From the IMG/VR virus record IMGVR_UViG_3300022670_000329, positions 1-40,801 of that record: a stretch of DNA of 40,801 nt; one strand, given 5' to 3'. This document shows, one piece after another, positions 1-9,557 of this stretch. Each line of letters starts with the position of its first letter. The first letter of the stretch is position 1. The notes beneath the pieces were generated by a model. That model was not told where the DNA came from, did no database searches, and worked only from the letters and a program-made list of their open reading frames with translations. Made by a program: the position numbers and the translations under genes. Source of the DNA: a virus. Taxonomy: Duplodnaviria > Caudoviricetes.

Positions 1-117
1 CCGTTTGAGGCTCCTGAACTGAATGGCCTTGGTCTAGGTCTGGAGATTAAGGTCGGTCAGAATTGGGACTACAAGGACGATGCCAACCCAGACGGAATGG
101 AAGTGATACTAGGCTAA
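1..117 (+). CDS. C-terminal end of family A DNA polymerase (partial)
   Basis: Frame 1 reads PFEAPELNGLGLGLEIKVGQNWDYKDDANPDGMEVILG*; the E-x-x-x-G-x-NW ending is typical of PolA C-termini; followed by nucleotide-metabolism genes. Confidence 0.6.
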   Translation, partial: PFEAPELNGLGLGLEIKVGQNWDYKDDANPDGMEVILG

Positions 118-275
118 TGAAAATTAAAATGTTGCATAGTGCAAAAATCAGATGCTCCTGGTGCAAACAACAGGTGCTATACATCGACTATTTGGCGGTG
201 CATGGCCCTCTGCTTTGCTTCCTAAGATCTGATATAATAAAAGAAGAAGGTAAAAAGGAGACAAAACATGAGTGA
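117..275 (+). CDS. Small hypothetical protein (CxxC)
   Basis: TAATG coupling to upstream stop; MKIKMLHSAKIRCSWCK...; overlaps next start. Confidence 0.55.
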   Translation: MKIKMLHSAKIRCSWCKQQVLYIDYLAVHGPLLCFLRSDIIKEEGKKETKHE

Positions 276-645
276 TATGAAAGTTGTGTATACTGCGGGG
301 CCGATCACTACGCCCTCGCAGAATGAACGATGGGAGTTTCACATGACAGCCCGTAGATATGCCTTTGAAATCTGGAAGGCTGGTCATTGCGCTCTCTGTC
401 CACATTTGAACACGATGTTCATGGACGATACAGAGATATCATCCGGGACTTTTTACAATGGCGATCTCTTGATGATTGAACGCTGTTGTGATGCAATGCT
501 TATGCTCCCTGGATGGCGCGCGTCTAAAGGCTCAGTTCGTGAATGGGAGTTAGCTAAGAAACTTGGACTGCCAATCTTCTTTACTGACAACATGGCTGAA
601 CTGATGGCGTATCTTGAGACAGGTGAATACAACAAGATAACCTAA
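268..645 (+). CDS. DUF4406 / nucleoside 2-deoxyribosyltransferase-like protein
   Basis: VYTAGPIT...CDAMLMLPGWRASKGSVREWELAKKLGLPIF signature; AAGGAG RBS. Confidence 0.8.
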   Translation: MSDMKVVYTAGPITTPSQNERWEFHMTARRYAFEIWKAGHCALCPHLNTMFMDDTEISSGTFYNGDLLMIERCCDAMLMLPGWRASKGSVREWELAKKLGLPIFFTDNMAELMAYLETGEYNKIT

Positions 646-863
646 TGAACTATGCAGAACAAGCACACGTTTGGTGGGAAGGTCAGGTCATGGATTGGGA
701 ATATGAAGAAACCATGCACGAAAATGACCTTGATTTTGAAGACTACATAACAGAGGTCATTGGATGCCTTTGCGGTTATCACTGCCCTCGTTATGAAATG
801 GAAGATCACTGGTGCGACGAAATGGAGAAGATGCTAAATGCCATACATACCCCCAAAAGATAG
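645..863 (+). CDS. Acidic hypothetical protein
   Basis: TAATG-coupled ORF in operon. Confidence 0.6.
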   Translation: MNYAEQAHVWWEGQVMDWEYEETMHENDLDFEDYITEVIGCLCGYHCPRYEMEDHWCDEMEKMLNAIHTPKR

Positions 864-1092
864 AGAACCTTTCACTCGGAGTTTATCTGATTGTGTACCC
901 TACATGAACAGGAAAGGAGATCTCACCTACTGTGTCTATTACTTGGCACTCGCAATGGCCCGAAGTCGCGGCATGAACTACACAAATATTTCTACTGCAA
1001 TCAGTTGTCTTGAAGATGCAGCACAGGAACTTAGACGTAGGCACCTGAATCCCTACGAAGACTTAAAGATTCAGGAGAATGGAGACATTTAA
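838..1092 (+). CDS. Conserved phage protein (DUF6899-like)
   Basis: MPYI...GDLTY...ELRRRHLNPYEDLKIQENGDI pattern of a widespread phage family. Confidence 0.7.
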   Translation: MPYIPPKDREPFTRSLSDCVPYMNRKGDLTYCVYYLALAMARSRGMNYTNISTAISCLEDAAQELRRRHLNPYEDLKIQENGDI

Positions 1093-1193
1093 TGGCTACA
1101 GCAATTATGATTATTTTTACTGTAATTATTGTTGGCGCTTTGTTGTTAGAAGCGTTGAATATACTCAGAGAAGCTGGAAAGGATAGAAGATAA
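1092..1193 (+). CDS. 33-aa single-TM membrane peptide
   Basis: MATAIMIIFTVIIVGALLLEALNILREAGKDRR*; GGAG RBS; TAATG coupling at both ends; below ORF-track cutoff. Confidence 0.65.
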   Translation: MATAIMIIFTVIIVGALLLEALNILREAGKDRR

Positions 1194-1789
1194 TGGCGAC
1201 AATTTTGAAAATCTCAGGCGGCAATGTTATGGTTGACATTGAAACTCTAGGCAATGGGAAGGATGCAGCTATCGTCAGTATCGGTGCTGCTAAGTTTTCC
1301 TTGCGTGGTGACGGACCTGATGAAACCTTTTTGACCAACGTGGATTTTGCAGACGCAATGCGGTATGGTCGCGTTGATGGTAACACGTTGAAGTGGTGGT
1401 TCCAACAGAGTAGAGCGGCACAGGATGGAATCATGAATAATCCTAATGCTCCCCCTGTGACTCTGGAACGTGCGTTGATCGACTTTCGTACATTCTACGG
1501 AACCTCGAAACAGTTGTGGAGTCACGCTACTTTTGATGCAGTCATTCTGGAATACGCTTATCGTAGAAGGTCTATGACTCAACCGTGGCACTACCGAGAA
1601 ACTAAAGACATTCGTACCCTGAATTTTATTCACAACATGATTTCTGGCAAGAAGGGTACAACTCGATCAAGGGCTGATACATCAGTGGCGCACTCTGCGC
1701 TCGATGATGCAGTCTATCAGGTTGAGTACGTGCAGGATATGTGGAAGTCCATGATGGCTGTGCGGGATAAGGCCAACGGGGGAATTTAA
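1193..1789 (+). CDS. DEDDh 3'-5' exonuclease (DUF5051/Rv2179c-like)
   Basis: VMVDIETLG, WSHATFDAVIL, PWHYRETKDIRT, AHSALDDAVYQ motifs. Confidence 0.85.
   Translation: MATILKISGGNVMVDIETLGNGKDAAIVSIGAAKFSLRGDGPDETFLTNVDFADAMRYGRVDGNTLKWWFQQSRAAQDGIMNNPNAPPVTLERALIDFRTFYGTSKQLWSHATFDAVILEYAYRRRSMTQPWHYRETKDIRTLNFIHNMISGKKGTTRSRADTSVAHSALDDAVYQVEYVQDMWKSMMAVRDKANGGI
1771..1788 (+). repeat. 18-bp dispersed motif copy 1 (GGCCAACGGGGGAATTTA)
   Basis: Core CGGGGGAATTTA identical in six places; ATG follows at 1789. Confidence 0.85.
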
Positions 1790-1914
1790 TGATCTGCCCG
1801 TTCTGTAAAGCCTGGGGGGTGAAACAATTAACACCTAGAGGCAGGATACGCCCCAAGAAAAGTTATCACTGTCCTAGTTGTGAAAGGAGTTTTTGGATAC
1901 CATGGGTAAAATAG
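1789..1914 (+). CDS. 41-aa zinc-ribbon microprotein
   Basis: MICPFCKAWG...SYHCPSCERSFWIPWVK*; two CxxC pairs; TAATG coupling. Confidence 0.65.
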   Translation: MICPFCKAWGVKQLTPRGRIRPKKSYHCPSCERSFWIPWVK

Positions 1915-2159
1915 AAAAAGAGTTTGTGACAAAAAAATTAGAAGGATACTGTGTGGCACTCTGGAACACCGCTAAAGATTTTAACGCACGATGGTTAGGA
2001 TTTGAAGATACACAATCCTGTATTAACGACACGGTAGAATGTGTGTGGAATGAGGCTCTCGAAGTGGCGGCACAGGAAGCTGATACCAACGGCGACTTCG
2101 CCACGTCTAACGCTATTCGCACTTACAAAATTGAAGGGATGGATATATTGTATGAGTAA
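1893..2159 (+). CDS. Hypothetical protein (start may be ATG 1902)
   Basis: AAGGAG RBS at 1884; overlaps next start. Confidence 0.6.
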   Translation: MDTMGKIEKEFVTKKLEGYCVALWNTAKDFNARWLGFEDTQSCINDTVECVWNEALEVAAQEADTNGDFATSNAIRTYKIEGMDILYE

Positions 2160-2799
2160 CGCCGCGTTAAGAATTAGAGATCGGCAGCAAGACGTGTGTG
2201 CTGGATGCTACCATTTTAGAAGTACACACATACTCGTCATGAAGAAACCAAAGGAAGAACGTTACGTTTGTATTGATTGTGAGTGTCCTGATTTTAGAGA
2301 TCAACACCCTGCTACTGAATCAGCTATAGCAGAATGGGCTGATGAAGCGCATCGTAAGATGTATGAGAAAAATACTATGGAACCAACAAGGATGCGTACA
2401 CCTAAAGAGATCATTGACAAGCACGTAGACATTATGAATGAACTGATAGAGGAAAAAACTATGGAAGAAGGCAAGAAGTTTGATGGAGATAAACTAAGGT
2501 TGGATCTGATTCCTACTATCCTACTTAGGGGCGTAGCTTGGATTTTAACTTTCGGGGCGAAGAAGTACGGTGATAGGAATTGGGAGCAAGGTATCCTGTA
2601 TCATCGACTGTGGGGCGCAATGCTGAGACACCTAATGGCGTGGTATGATGGCGAGGAACTAGATCCCGAATCTGGCAAGCCCCATTTATGGCATGCTGCT
2701 TGTAATCTTTCATTCTTGATGCACTTTGAAGATAATAAAGATCGCTATGAATCGTTTGATGATCGGCCTTGTCAGGCTGACAGACCGTTTAACTCGTAA
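2152..2799 (+). CDS. DUF5664 (dATP/dGTP diphosphohydrolase N-terminal) domain protein with N-terminal Cys-rich finger
   Basis: GKKFDGDKLRLDLIP...TFGAKKYGDRNW...RHLMAW.DGEELDPESGKPHLWHAACN; N-terminal CAGCYH/CIDCEC; likely start ATG 2152, possible internal start 2461. Confidence 0.85.
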   Translation: MSNAALRIRDRQQDVCAGCYHFRSTHILVMKKPKEERYVCIDCECPDFRDQHPATESAIAEWADEAHRKMYEKNTMEPTRMRTPKEIIDKHVDIMNELIEEKTMEEGKKFDGDKLRLDLIPTILLRGVAWILTFGAKKYGDRNWEQGILYHRLWGAMLRHLMAWYDGEELDPESGKPHLWHAACNLSFLMHFEDNKDRYESFDDRPCQADRPFNS

Positions 2800-2853
2800 C
2801 GTACACTATATAGGCAAATACCGCAACTAGGAAGCCCATTTCTAAATAAAATC

Positions 2854-3327
2854 TCATTGGTTAAAAGGAAGCTTTTGTCCTGTCTTTTCTACAGACCGTA
2901 GATAACCATATCCACCTACGAGAGTGCCAGCCAGCATATGAACTTCCCAAGGGATAATCATTGCTAGTGCTGTCGGCATCCATATATGAACGATAGCCAT
3001 GACAGGATAGTTAACAATATACATTGCTAGAAGACCCCACAACCATGCGGGTCTAGCTCTGCGTACAAAGGCATCCTCTGATGCTAACTCAACTTTAATC
3101 ATTGAGCGCATATCAGCGGCATCCTTCATGTAAATTTCTTCAATTTTAGTTTCGTAATCGCGTAGATCTTTTGCCGCTTGTGCCTCAAGGAGAGCCATCT
3201 TGACGGTGATCTCAGCCTGTTCAGCGGGTGGTAACTTGCCTGTGACTAGGCCGACGATATCTTTGACACCTTCCATGATGCCTTCAACCGGATTAAAAAT
3301 TCCTTTGAGTGTTGAAATGAATCCCAT
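2854..3327 (-). CDS. 3TM-type (GTA-like) holin
   Basis: SEDAFVRRARPAWLW, TM helices and GYGYLRSVEK; next to endolysin. Confidence 0.8.
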   Translation of the reverse strand: MGFISTLKGIFNPVEGIMEGVKDIVGLVTGKLPPAEQAEITVKMALLEAQAAKDLRDYETKIEEIYMKDAADMRSMIKVELASEDAFVRRARPAWLWGLLAMYIVNYPVMAIVHIWMPTALAMIIPWEVHMLAGTLVGGYGYLRSVEKTGQKLPFNQ

Positions 3328-3554
3328 TATTTACCACACCTGTCGCCAGTGAAGCGTCTTTTTGCAGTGCTGAACCAAGTTATTTTTGAAGGGATTTGTG
3401 CTCCTACTACTTCAATACTATGAAGTGATTTGCCGAAATCAAGCACCAACCCAGGATGAAGATTAACCGTCAAAGATCCATCAATAGCCACCAGTCTTAC
3501 TCCAGTATCATTTGGATTCCTTTCTACTGTATAAACTGTTGCCAGTTTCGGCAT
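3327..3554 (-). CDS. Hypothetical protein in lysis module
   Basis: ORF coupled to holin; preceded by 18-bp motif. Confidence 0.6.
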   Translation of the reverse strand: MPKLATVYTVERNPNDTGVRLVAIDGSLTVNLHPGLVLDFGKSLHSIEVVGAQIPSKITWFSTAKRRFTGDRCGK

Positions 3555-3557
3555 GTT

Positions 3558-3575
3558 TAAATTCCCCCGTTAGCC
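3558..3575 (-). repeat. 18-bp dispersed motif copy 2 (GGCTAACGGGGGAATTTA)
   Basis: 3 nt before ATG 3554. Confidence 0.85.
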
Positions 3576-3577
3576 GT

Positions 3578-3817
3578 TTACCGTCTGACGACTTTCCGCC
3601 GTTTAGCGTAGTAAACTGCCACCAGTGACATTAGGTTAAGTCCGATGTACCAAGGCAAAGTCACCCCACCGAAGAAACTAGCAACGGCTAGGATCAAAAT
3701 GATAGGTACGACTGAGTGATACATCACCGGAAATCGCTCTGCAATAAGCAAAGTTAAGATGTAGACTAGAACATACGCGCCTACAGACGCAAATAGCGAT
3801 ACAATAAAATTTATCAT
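3578..3817 (-). CDS. Small multi-TM membrane protein, probably leaderless
   Basis: Three hydrophobic segments, basic C-tail KRRKVVRR; TATAAT 6 nt before ATG, no SD. Confidence 0.7.
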   Translation of the reverse strand: MINFIVSLFASVGAYVLVYILTLLIAERFPVMYHSVVPIILILAVASFFGGVTLPWYIGLNLMSLVAVYYAKRRKVVRR

Positions 3818-3823
3818 GACTCT

Positions 3824-3839
3824 ATTATATCACATTATG
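3824..3839 (-). promoter_or_regulatory. Extended -10 promoter CATAATGTGATATAAT
   Basis: TGnTATAAT; same 16-mer (one variable base) at 19020 and 40493. Confidence 0.75.
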
Positions 3840-3845
3840 GGGTTA

Positions 3846-4214
3846 TCAGTAGTAAAGCCAGAGTCTAGGAGTGGGTAATTGATCGTCAGCAGAGTCAATA
3901 TGGACGAAATTTTCGCCCAATCCAATGCGTTTAAAGCCAAAATGTATGGCTGCTTCCACGATTAAGAACCGTTGGTAGGAGTGAGTACAGTAGATATCCA
4001 CGCCTTTACCGAGCATGTGAGCCGATTTAGACTTGCCGCCAGCGTTTTGGTTAGCCACAGGGCAGCGATATCCAGAGGTAATAGACAGAGGAATCCCTGC
4101 GCGAGTGCGTATCTTCTGCAATCGCTTGATGAAATCCAGGTCTATAATGAGTTCGCCACAGTGTTTGCAGCGGAACTCGTTTTCATTAAAATTTTTGGTT
4201 AGTTGTTTACCCAT
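3846..4214 (-). CDS. Endolysin, peptidase M15 family
   Basis: LTKNFNENEFRCKHCG, ITSGYRC, SAHMLGKGVDI, FVHIDS; start ATG 4214 coupled to upstream TAA. Confidence 0.9.
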   Translation of the reverse strand: MGKQLTKNFNENEFRCKHCGELIIDLDFIKRLQKIRTRAGIPLSITSGYRCPVANQNAGGKSKSAHMLGKGVDIYCTHSYQRFLIVEAAIHFGFKRIGLGENFVHIDSADDQLPTPRLWLYY

Positions 4215-4483
4215 TAGTACATCATAAAGTCCCAAACAAATTTCACGATAATGGTAGCAAACGTACCACCAATAATTCGCATCATCCAGGTACGTTTCTT
4301 TTGGGTCTGCTCCAGTCTGTCAACGGTCAACACTAGACCGTGAGGGTTGTTGGTTAAGATCTCGTCATGCTTGGTGAGAATCTTCGTCACCTGTGCGGTA
4401 TGCATTTCTACCTGGGTGCCCAACTTTCCTATCTCAACTTTCGTTTCAGTTAACTCGTCGTAGATTTTTGATAGATCACTCAT
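4214..4483 (-). CDS. Coiled-coil plus C-terminal TM protein (holin/lysis accessory candidate)
   Basis: Heptad N-terminus, single C-terminal TM, immediately upstream of endolysin. Confidence 0.6.
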   Translation of the reverse strand: MSDLSKIYDELTETKVEIGKLGTQVEMHTAQVTKILTKHDEILTNNPHGLVLTVDRLEQTQKKRTWMMRIIGGTFATIIVKFVWDFMMY

Positions 4484-7400
4484 TAGAACTCCTTTTTCTT
4501 TGCTGCCTTTGGCCCAACAATAATAGGAGCCAAGAATGGTATCCGTCTTTGCACTTCTTTTGATATAGGTTTAATCTCACCACGCGCTATGGCTTCCAAA
4601 GGTGCGACAGCTAAGGGTACCGAAGGTCCAAGAACGGCTGAAACCTGTGAGAGAGTGCCATACTGTGTAGCTTGCCATACGTCCATGAATTTTCCCAACG
4701 CTCCAACCATGATAGCATCTTCCACAATACGTGTAATCATTTCAGGATTCTCAACGCCGGTGGCCGTAATAGCTTCTAGGAGTGCTGCATCTACTTCCGC
4801 AAATTCAATAGGATCTGTGCCTATGATAGAGGAAAGAGCCGCACTTCCAGCTTCTCTGATTTCTCTACGACCTCGCCCAAAGATTTCTCCCGCAATAGGA
4901 AAGGCAATTCCAAGTTTAGTAAGGTTCTTCAACCCTTGAACTGGATCACTGAATAGCTTTTTAACAACCTCATTCTTGATAAGCTGTGTTTGTTTAAACG
5001 CAAATTGTCCAAACTGATTTACGATCTTACCTTCAGGGGAGTTCCACCACAAGGGAAGATCTTTTGCTCTAGTTCTAAATTGTGTATCGTTAGTAACCTG
5101 TTGTGCAGCAGAGAATATGTCGTCCTCTTTCAAACCACCGCGTTTGATAGCCTCGTCAACATTGATGCCCAAGCGTTCCAATTCTTTCACGGCTCTCTTG
5201 TTGGGAACCTGACCGCGTTTAGCTTGATTTGCTACACGCTTAAACATTTGTTGTGCGTAGTTTCGACCAGCTATAGCGGATATCGTTCTATTGATACGCT
5301 CTGTAAAGGAGAAACCCGTTGCTCTGAGGAACTGTCCACCAGCATCGAACCCTCCCATCTGACGCATGATCTCTCCGGTGAAGTTGTCCATCAAGGCAGA
5401 ACTGCGTAATCCAAATTCGGTTTCTTTACGAAAGTCTGTAGCCAGGAAAAACATAGCCTTGATAGTCGCGCGGGTGTTGGTTCTCAGCAGTGTTGATACA
5501 GACTGAGACAAATTGATAACCTGTGCGGCCGCAAGCAGTGGAGTATTAACAGTCCGTAGAAATTTTGATAGGTTCTTTCTACCTTGACTGAACTGCACTG
5601 CGCCTGTAGTAGCCTCAAGTAAATCCTGTGCGAACTGGTGGTTGTAACCTTCAGTCTGCATACCTTTAATCAAAGGGTTGATAATCTCATTATTTTGTCC
5701 AAGCACTCGTACTTCTTCCAATCGTCTGTATCCACGTACATAATATGTAGATAGAACTTGCTCAAGATCAGTTTGAATTGCCCAATCAGGTAGATTCAAT
5801 TCTCTTGCGCGTTCCATGTTTCCAAACTGAGCAGACGAGTGGTGCCGTACATAGTCTTGTAGAACCACATTGGCCTCTGCTCTATTCCGAGCCATTTCAG
5901 GATGATTCTCTATAATCCATTTCTCTAATCTATTGGTAAACTTCTGATTTATAAACACATCATCCCGAAGGTTGTGTGGTATGAAGTTCTCTCTCAGATT
6001 AAAGGGTACTAAAGTTCCATCCCGATGCCGTACTTTAATGCCAATGTCTGCCGCTTCCAAACCCATTTCATTCAAACGAGTTCGTAGTCCACCAATCTCA
6101 GGTGCAAGGCGATTCAGTTCGGCCTGTGCTTCCTCAACAGTGGTAAAGAGTTTACCCTTAGCAATTTCTTTGCCACTTGCTCTCTGTGATATAGCCACGG
6201 CTCTTGCAGCAGCTTGCTCGTCACCATGATTCAAGGCAGAGAAGATAAGATTTTTTTCGCCCTGACTCATTCGAAATTTCCTTTTACCAAAGCGTCCGGT
6301 GACTTCAAACAAATCCGCTAATGCGCCTGACGCACGTTTCTCAAATACATTATCAACAGAGTCGATCATGTTCATGAACATCTTACCAAATTGACCTTGT
6401 TTGCGTACTACAACTGCGGCTGAAGTGAAGTCAACAACAGGTGCGCCACGTAAACTGAAGGTATTATGGTATAGGCGTTTTAGGAATCCAGCTTGTTCTG
6501 CCACAGGTAATTTAGAAGTAGTAATACCAAGAGAAGATATACTCTTATCGGCTGTCCTAGAGAACAATACTCCAGGTTGAACTTGGCTAGGTCTGCGTGG
6601 TACAGGTAATGCTCTGATAGGTCGTATGCCTCTCACATCAGCTAACCCACGACTGCGCTCTAATTGTCTAGCACGATTGGCTTCCACAAGTGCGGAGTCA
6701 ACCGCCAATCCATCTTCTGCATTGCGGAGAGCCACTTCAGAGGCTTCCTGTCGCAATTTGTTTGCTTTAATGGCATCAGTTCTAAACCCACTATTTCTTT
6801 GCACTTGTTCTGTTACTGTTCGGGGAAACACACGATCAGGTCTTCCTGGCCCTTCAAGGATTCTAGTGGGGGCTGTAGGAAACTCCTGTCTAGGACCGTG
6901 TAATACAGATTCAGGAACCGAGTTCTCAAATATACGTTGTGCGCGTTCAGATCTCTGGATAGTTCCAGGTGGAATTGATTTAATACTAGTTGGTAAAGCA
7001 GTTGCACCACCTGTTACAAGCGGCGGCGGCTGTACTTGATTGGTAATAATTTTACCGTCTACGGTTCTCACATCAGGTACAATCTCAACAACTCTCTTTG
7101 GGGGTAAACCACCAGCCGTACTAACAGTTGGTCTACCTGTAAGACGAACACCGCCCGCACCAGTGGGGCCAAGTCCTTCTACACCTCCAGAGCCGAGTAG
7201 TCGAGCGGGATCAGTGATCGGTCCACCATCCCCTGCGGTTAGTAATTTCTGTGCATAACGTTCTTCAGGAATAGCCTCCATCACCGCAGCGACTTTCTTA
7301 GCCGCCCTAGGAGATATACCGTGAGCTAAATCAATAGTAACTCTACCAATAGTAGAAGCCTTACCACCAAGCAATGCAGCCTTAGATGCACGTAGTCCCA

Positions 7401-8232
7401 TTAACAAACCCCATTCAACAGGGACTAATCCGAACATCAAATCAGTGACAAGATCGCCCAATTCTGATCCAGTTGTAGCTCGATCATCACCAACAAGGGT
7501 AAACATTTTACTTACATTATCTGAAGCACGTAGGAAAGTTTCAGAGTCAGGGGGCAAGTCCGTAAAGGTTGCACCAAGACTAGCTTCAATGCCTGATACC
7601 GCAGTTCGACCTACGTTAGATAAACCTTGAATAATAGGAGCAAGGGGAGAAGTTGCAAGCGCAAGTCCACCCAACGCTACCTTCAGGACACCAAGAGTCT
7701 CCTGATAGGGCGTGATATGTTCTTCATTAAAAGTCTGTACGATTAACTGTGCGCCTTGCGCTGCCTGTTCCGCAATACTACCACCAATCTGTGCCCCAAC
7801 GCGTCCAAGGAAACCTTTAGGCTTCTCAGAAGCCAAAGTCTTAGGTTCAGGTGGTGCCTCACCAGTTACCAACTCAGTCAAACCACCAGCTTCTTCTCCA
7901 CCCAACGCCTGAATCTCAGGTTCAGGTGCAGGGGCTTCAGAGGGTTGTGCGCCCGCTTGAGCAGTAAGTAAACGATTGGCACTCAACTTACCTTCTTGAT
8001 TAACAGGAGAAGGACCGCCTACTCTAGCTTGTGCAGTTTGTTGCTCAGGCGTAAGTTCCTGTCGGCTTACGGGGGAATTTATATCCCCCACGGACAGGTC
8101 TTCCTGCGCGGGTGCTGGTTGTCCTTGCTGTTGTGCCGTAAATCGACGTACCGCAGCAGACATAACTTCAACCGGAGTTCCCTCTGGAAAGTCCAGAAAC
8201 GTATTAGTTCCTTGTATTTGTACTCTAGGCAT
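4483..8232 (-). CDS. Large internal virion / DNA ejection protein
   Basis: 1249 aa, mostly helical, N-terminal MPRVQIQG...FPEGTP motif; last of three genes after tail module, as in podoviruses. Confidence 0.7.
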   Translation of the reverse strand: MPRVQIQGTNTFLDFPEGTPVEVMSAAVRRFTAQQQGQPAPAQEDLSVGDINSPVSRQELTPEQQTAQARVGGPSPVNQEGKLSANRLLTAQAGAQPSEAPAPEPEIQALGGEEAGGLTELVTGEAPPEPKTLASEKPKGFLGRVGAQIGGSIAEQAAQGAQLIVQTFNEEHITPYQETLGVLKVALGGLALATSPLAPIIQGLSNVGRTAVSGIEASLGATFTDLPPDSETFLRASDNVSKMFTLVGDDRATTGSELGDLVTDLMFGLVPVEWGLLMGLRASKAALLGGKASTIGRVTIDLAHGISPRAAKKVAAVMEAIPEERYAQKLLTAGDGGPITDPARLLGSGGVEGLGPTGAGGVRLTGRPTVSTAGGLPPKRVVEIVPDVRTVDGKIITNQVQPPPLVTGGATALPTSIKSIPPGTIQRSERAQRIFENSVPESVLHGPRQEFPTAPTRILEGPGRPDRVFPRTVTEQVQRNSGFRTDAIKANKLRQEASEVALRNAEDGLAVDSALVEANRARQLERSRGLADVRGIRPIRALPVPRRPSQVQPGVLFSRTADKSISSLGITTSKLPVAEQAGFLKRLYHNTFSLRGAPVVDFTSAAVVVRKQGQFGKMFMNMIDSVDNVFEKRASGALADLFEVTGRFGKRKFRMSQGEKNLIFSALNHGDEQAAARAVAISQRASGKEIAKGKLFTTVEEAQAELNRLAPEIGGLRTRLNEMGLEAADIGIKVRHRDGTLVPFNLRENFIPHNLRDDVFINQKFTNRLEKWIIENHPEMARNRAEANVVLQDYVRHHSSAQFGNMERARELNLPDWAIQTDLEQVLSTYYVRGYRRLEEVRVLGQNNEIINPLIKGMQTEGYNHQFAQDLLEATTGAVQFSQGRKNLSKFLRTVNTPLLAAAQVINLSQSVSTLLRTNTRATIKAMFFLATDFRKETEFGLRSSALMDNFTGEIMRQMGGFDAGGQFLRATGFSFTERINRTISAIAGRNYAQQMFKRVANQAKRGQVPNKRAVKELERLGINVDEAIKRGGLKEDDIFSAAQQVTNDTQFRTRAKDLPLWWNSPEGKIVNQFGQFAFKQTQLIKNEVVKKLFSDPVQGLKNLTKLGIAFPIAGEIFGRGRREIREAGSAALSSIIGTDPIEFAEVDAALLEAITATGVENPEMITRIVEDAIMVGALGKFMDVWQATQYGTLSQVSAVLGPSVPLAVAPLEAIARGEIKPISKEVQRRIPFLAPIIVGPKAAKKKEF
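8064..8081 (+). repeat. 18-bp dispersed motif copy 3 (GGCTTACGGGGGAATTTA), intragenic, antisense
   Basis: Identical to copy at 25511-25528. Confidence 0.8.
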
Positions 8233-9557
8233 TATTGAATTACTCTACCTTCTTGAAGAATCACATTACCTTGTGCATCCATTTGAATTACTTGGGGTTC
8301 ATTACCACCCCCTGATATCAGTTGTGGCCCCGCCGTGGCAGGATCAGCAATAAATAAGGGGGATGATTCAACACCCAAACGAGGGATTTCTTCACCAGGG
8401 GTAGCGATAGTACCTGACCTTGGAGACACTAAACTAGTTTCCTTTCTAGTTCCTTCAAACCATTTTCCTACTAACCATAAGTTTGAAAACATATTAGGAA
8501 CAGGGAATTCTTCTGTGACAGCAAGTGGTTCACCTTCAAGTTCCATACTTTGCAAAAAGAAAGCACGAAGATTTGCTTTAGTAGGTTCATCCAAATCCTT
8601 ATAGCCTTCAACCCTAGCAGTAAGCCATGTATCAGCACCTTCAAGTTGCGTATTGGTAATTTTAGATACCTTAGCTCGACGCGGTACTCTAGCCAATTCC
8701 CATACGTTTGTGCCTTGTATTCCAAGCAATGTGCCAGACTCCGCATCGAATTGATAACGAATGTCCTCTGGATTTTGCCTATCAAACAATAGTTCGACCG
8801 CTTCACTCTCACTGATATTTTTAGTTTTCATCAAGATCTTTGTCATAGATTTGAAAGTTTTAATTTTCTCAGTATCTTTGACTTGCTTGTTGATAATACG
8901 TTTAGATTCAGCCAAAGCTACAGCCTGATTGATACCCTGGCCTCCTTCAGCTTCTTCTGGCGTAACTTGTCTAATGGCTCCAGTTACTTCATCAACAATA
9001 TGATTACCGCGCCGTTCCGCACGAATTTTAAATTCTTCTTTAATTTTTTCCTGTGCCTGTGTAGTCTGCTTGGCCTCACTTAATGCACGTTCAAATCTAC
9101 GGTTCTCCTGTTCCTCAAAAGGTACAGTGACAGGTCGCTCTTGTGGCGGTGTAGTAGGTACTTCCAGTGGAGCAAATGCAGGTCCACCCGCAGCAGTTTC
9201 ACTAGGCAACTGTTGTTGTGCAGCTTGTTCCGCAGGGAGAGCTTCTACCCCAGGTTCAGCAGCACCAGGGTCAACAGGAAGGATCTCCGTCTGTCCTGGG
9301 ATTGATACAACACCAAGCGCAATAGCTTTCTTAATGTCAGCTATGGATTTCTTGTCGCCAAACTGAGCGCGGTTTGCCATATCCACGAAGGCTGGATCAA
9401 ACGCTTCAGGGTCGTCCCTAACGCCAGCAATAGCCGCTTCAAACTTTTCCTCGTCCTTAATCTTTTCCTTCTTCTTCTCTAAAGCAGATTCACGTTCAGC
9501 ATCGAAGAAGCCGGTTCCAATACCAGCAATTAAACTTGTTAAAAAGGGTCCAGCCAT
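8232..9557 (-). CDS. Internal virion / ejection protein
   Basis: N-terminal amphipathic LIAGIGTGF then charged helices; position. Confidence 0.6.
   Translation of the reverse strand: MAGPFLTSLIAGIGTGFFDAERESALEKKKEKIKDEEKFEAAIAGVRDDPEAFDPAFVDMANRAQFGDKKSIADIKKAIALGVVSIPGQTEILPVDPGAAEPGVEALPAEQAAQQQLPSETAAGGPAFAPLEVPTTPPQERPVTVPFEEQENRRFERALSEAKQTTQAQEKIKEEFKIRAERRGNHIVDEVTGAIRQVTPEEAEGGQGINQAVALAESKRIINKQVKDTEKIKTFKSMTKILMKTKNISESEAVELLFDRQNPEDIRYQFDAESGTLLGIQGTNVWELARVPRRAKVSKITNTQLEGADTWLTARVEGYKDLDEPTKANLRAFFLQSMELEGEPLAVTEEFPVPNMFSNLWLVGKWFEGTRKETSLVSPRSGTIATPGEEIPRLGVESSPLFIADPATAGPQLISGGGNEPQVIQMDAQGNVILQEGRVIQ

Noticed and set aside
2152-2799. Z-genome (2-aminoadenine) pathway
   Set aside because: DUF5664 alone is insufficient; no purZ or datZ recognisable in this window
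2800-2853. Bidirectional terminator or antisense promoter at the convergence of the two arms
   Set aside because: Only a weak stem and a TATAGT lacking TG extension or a good -35; not supportable
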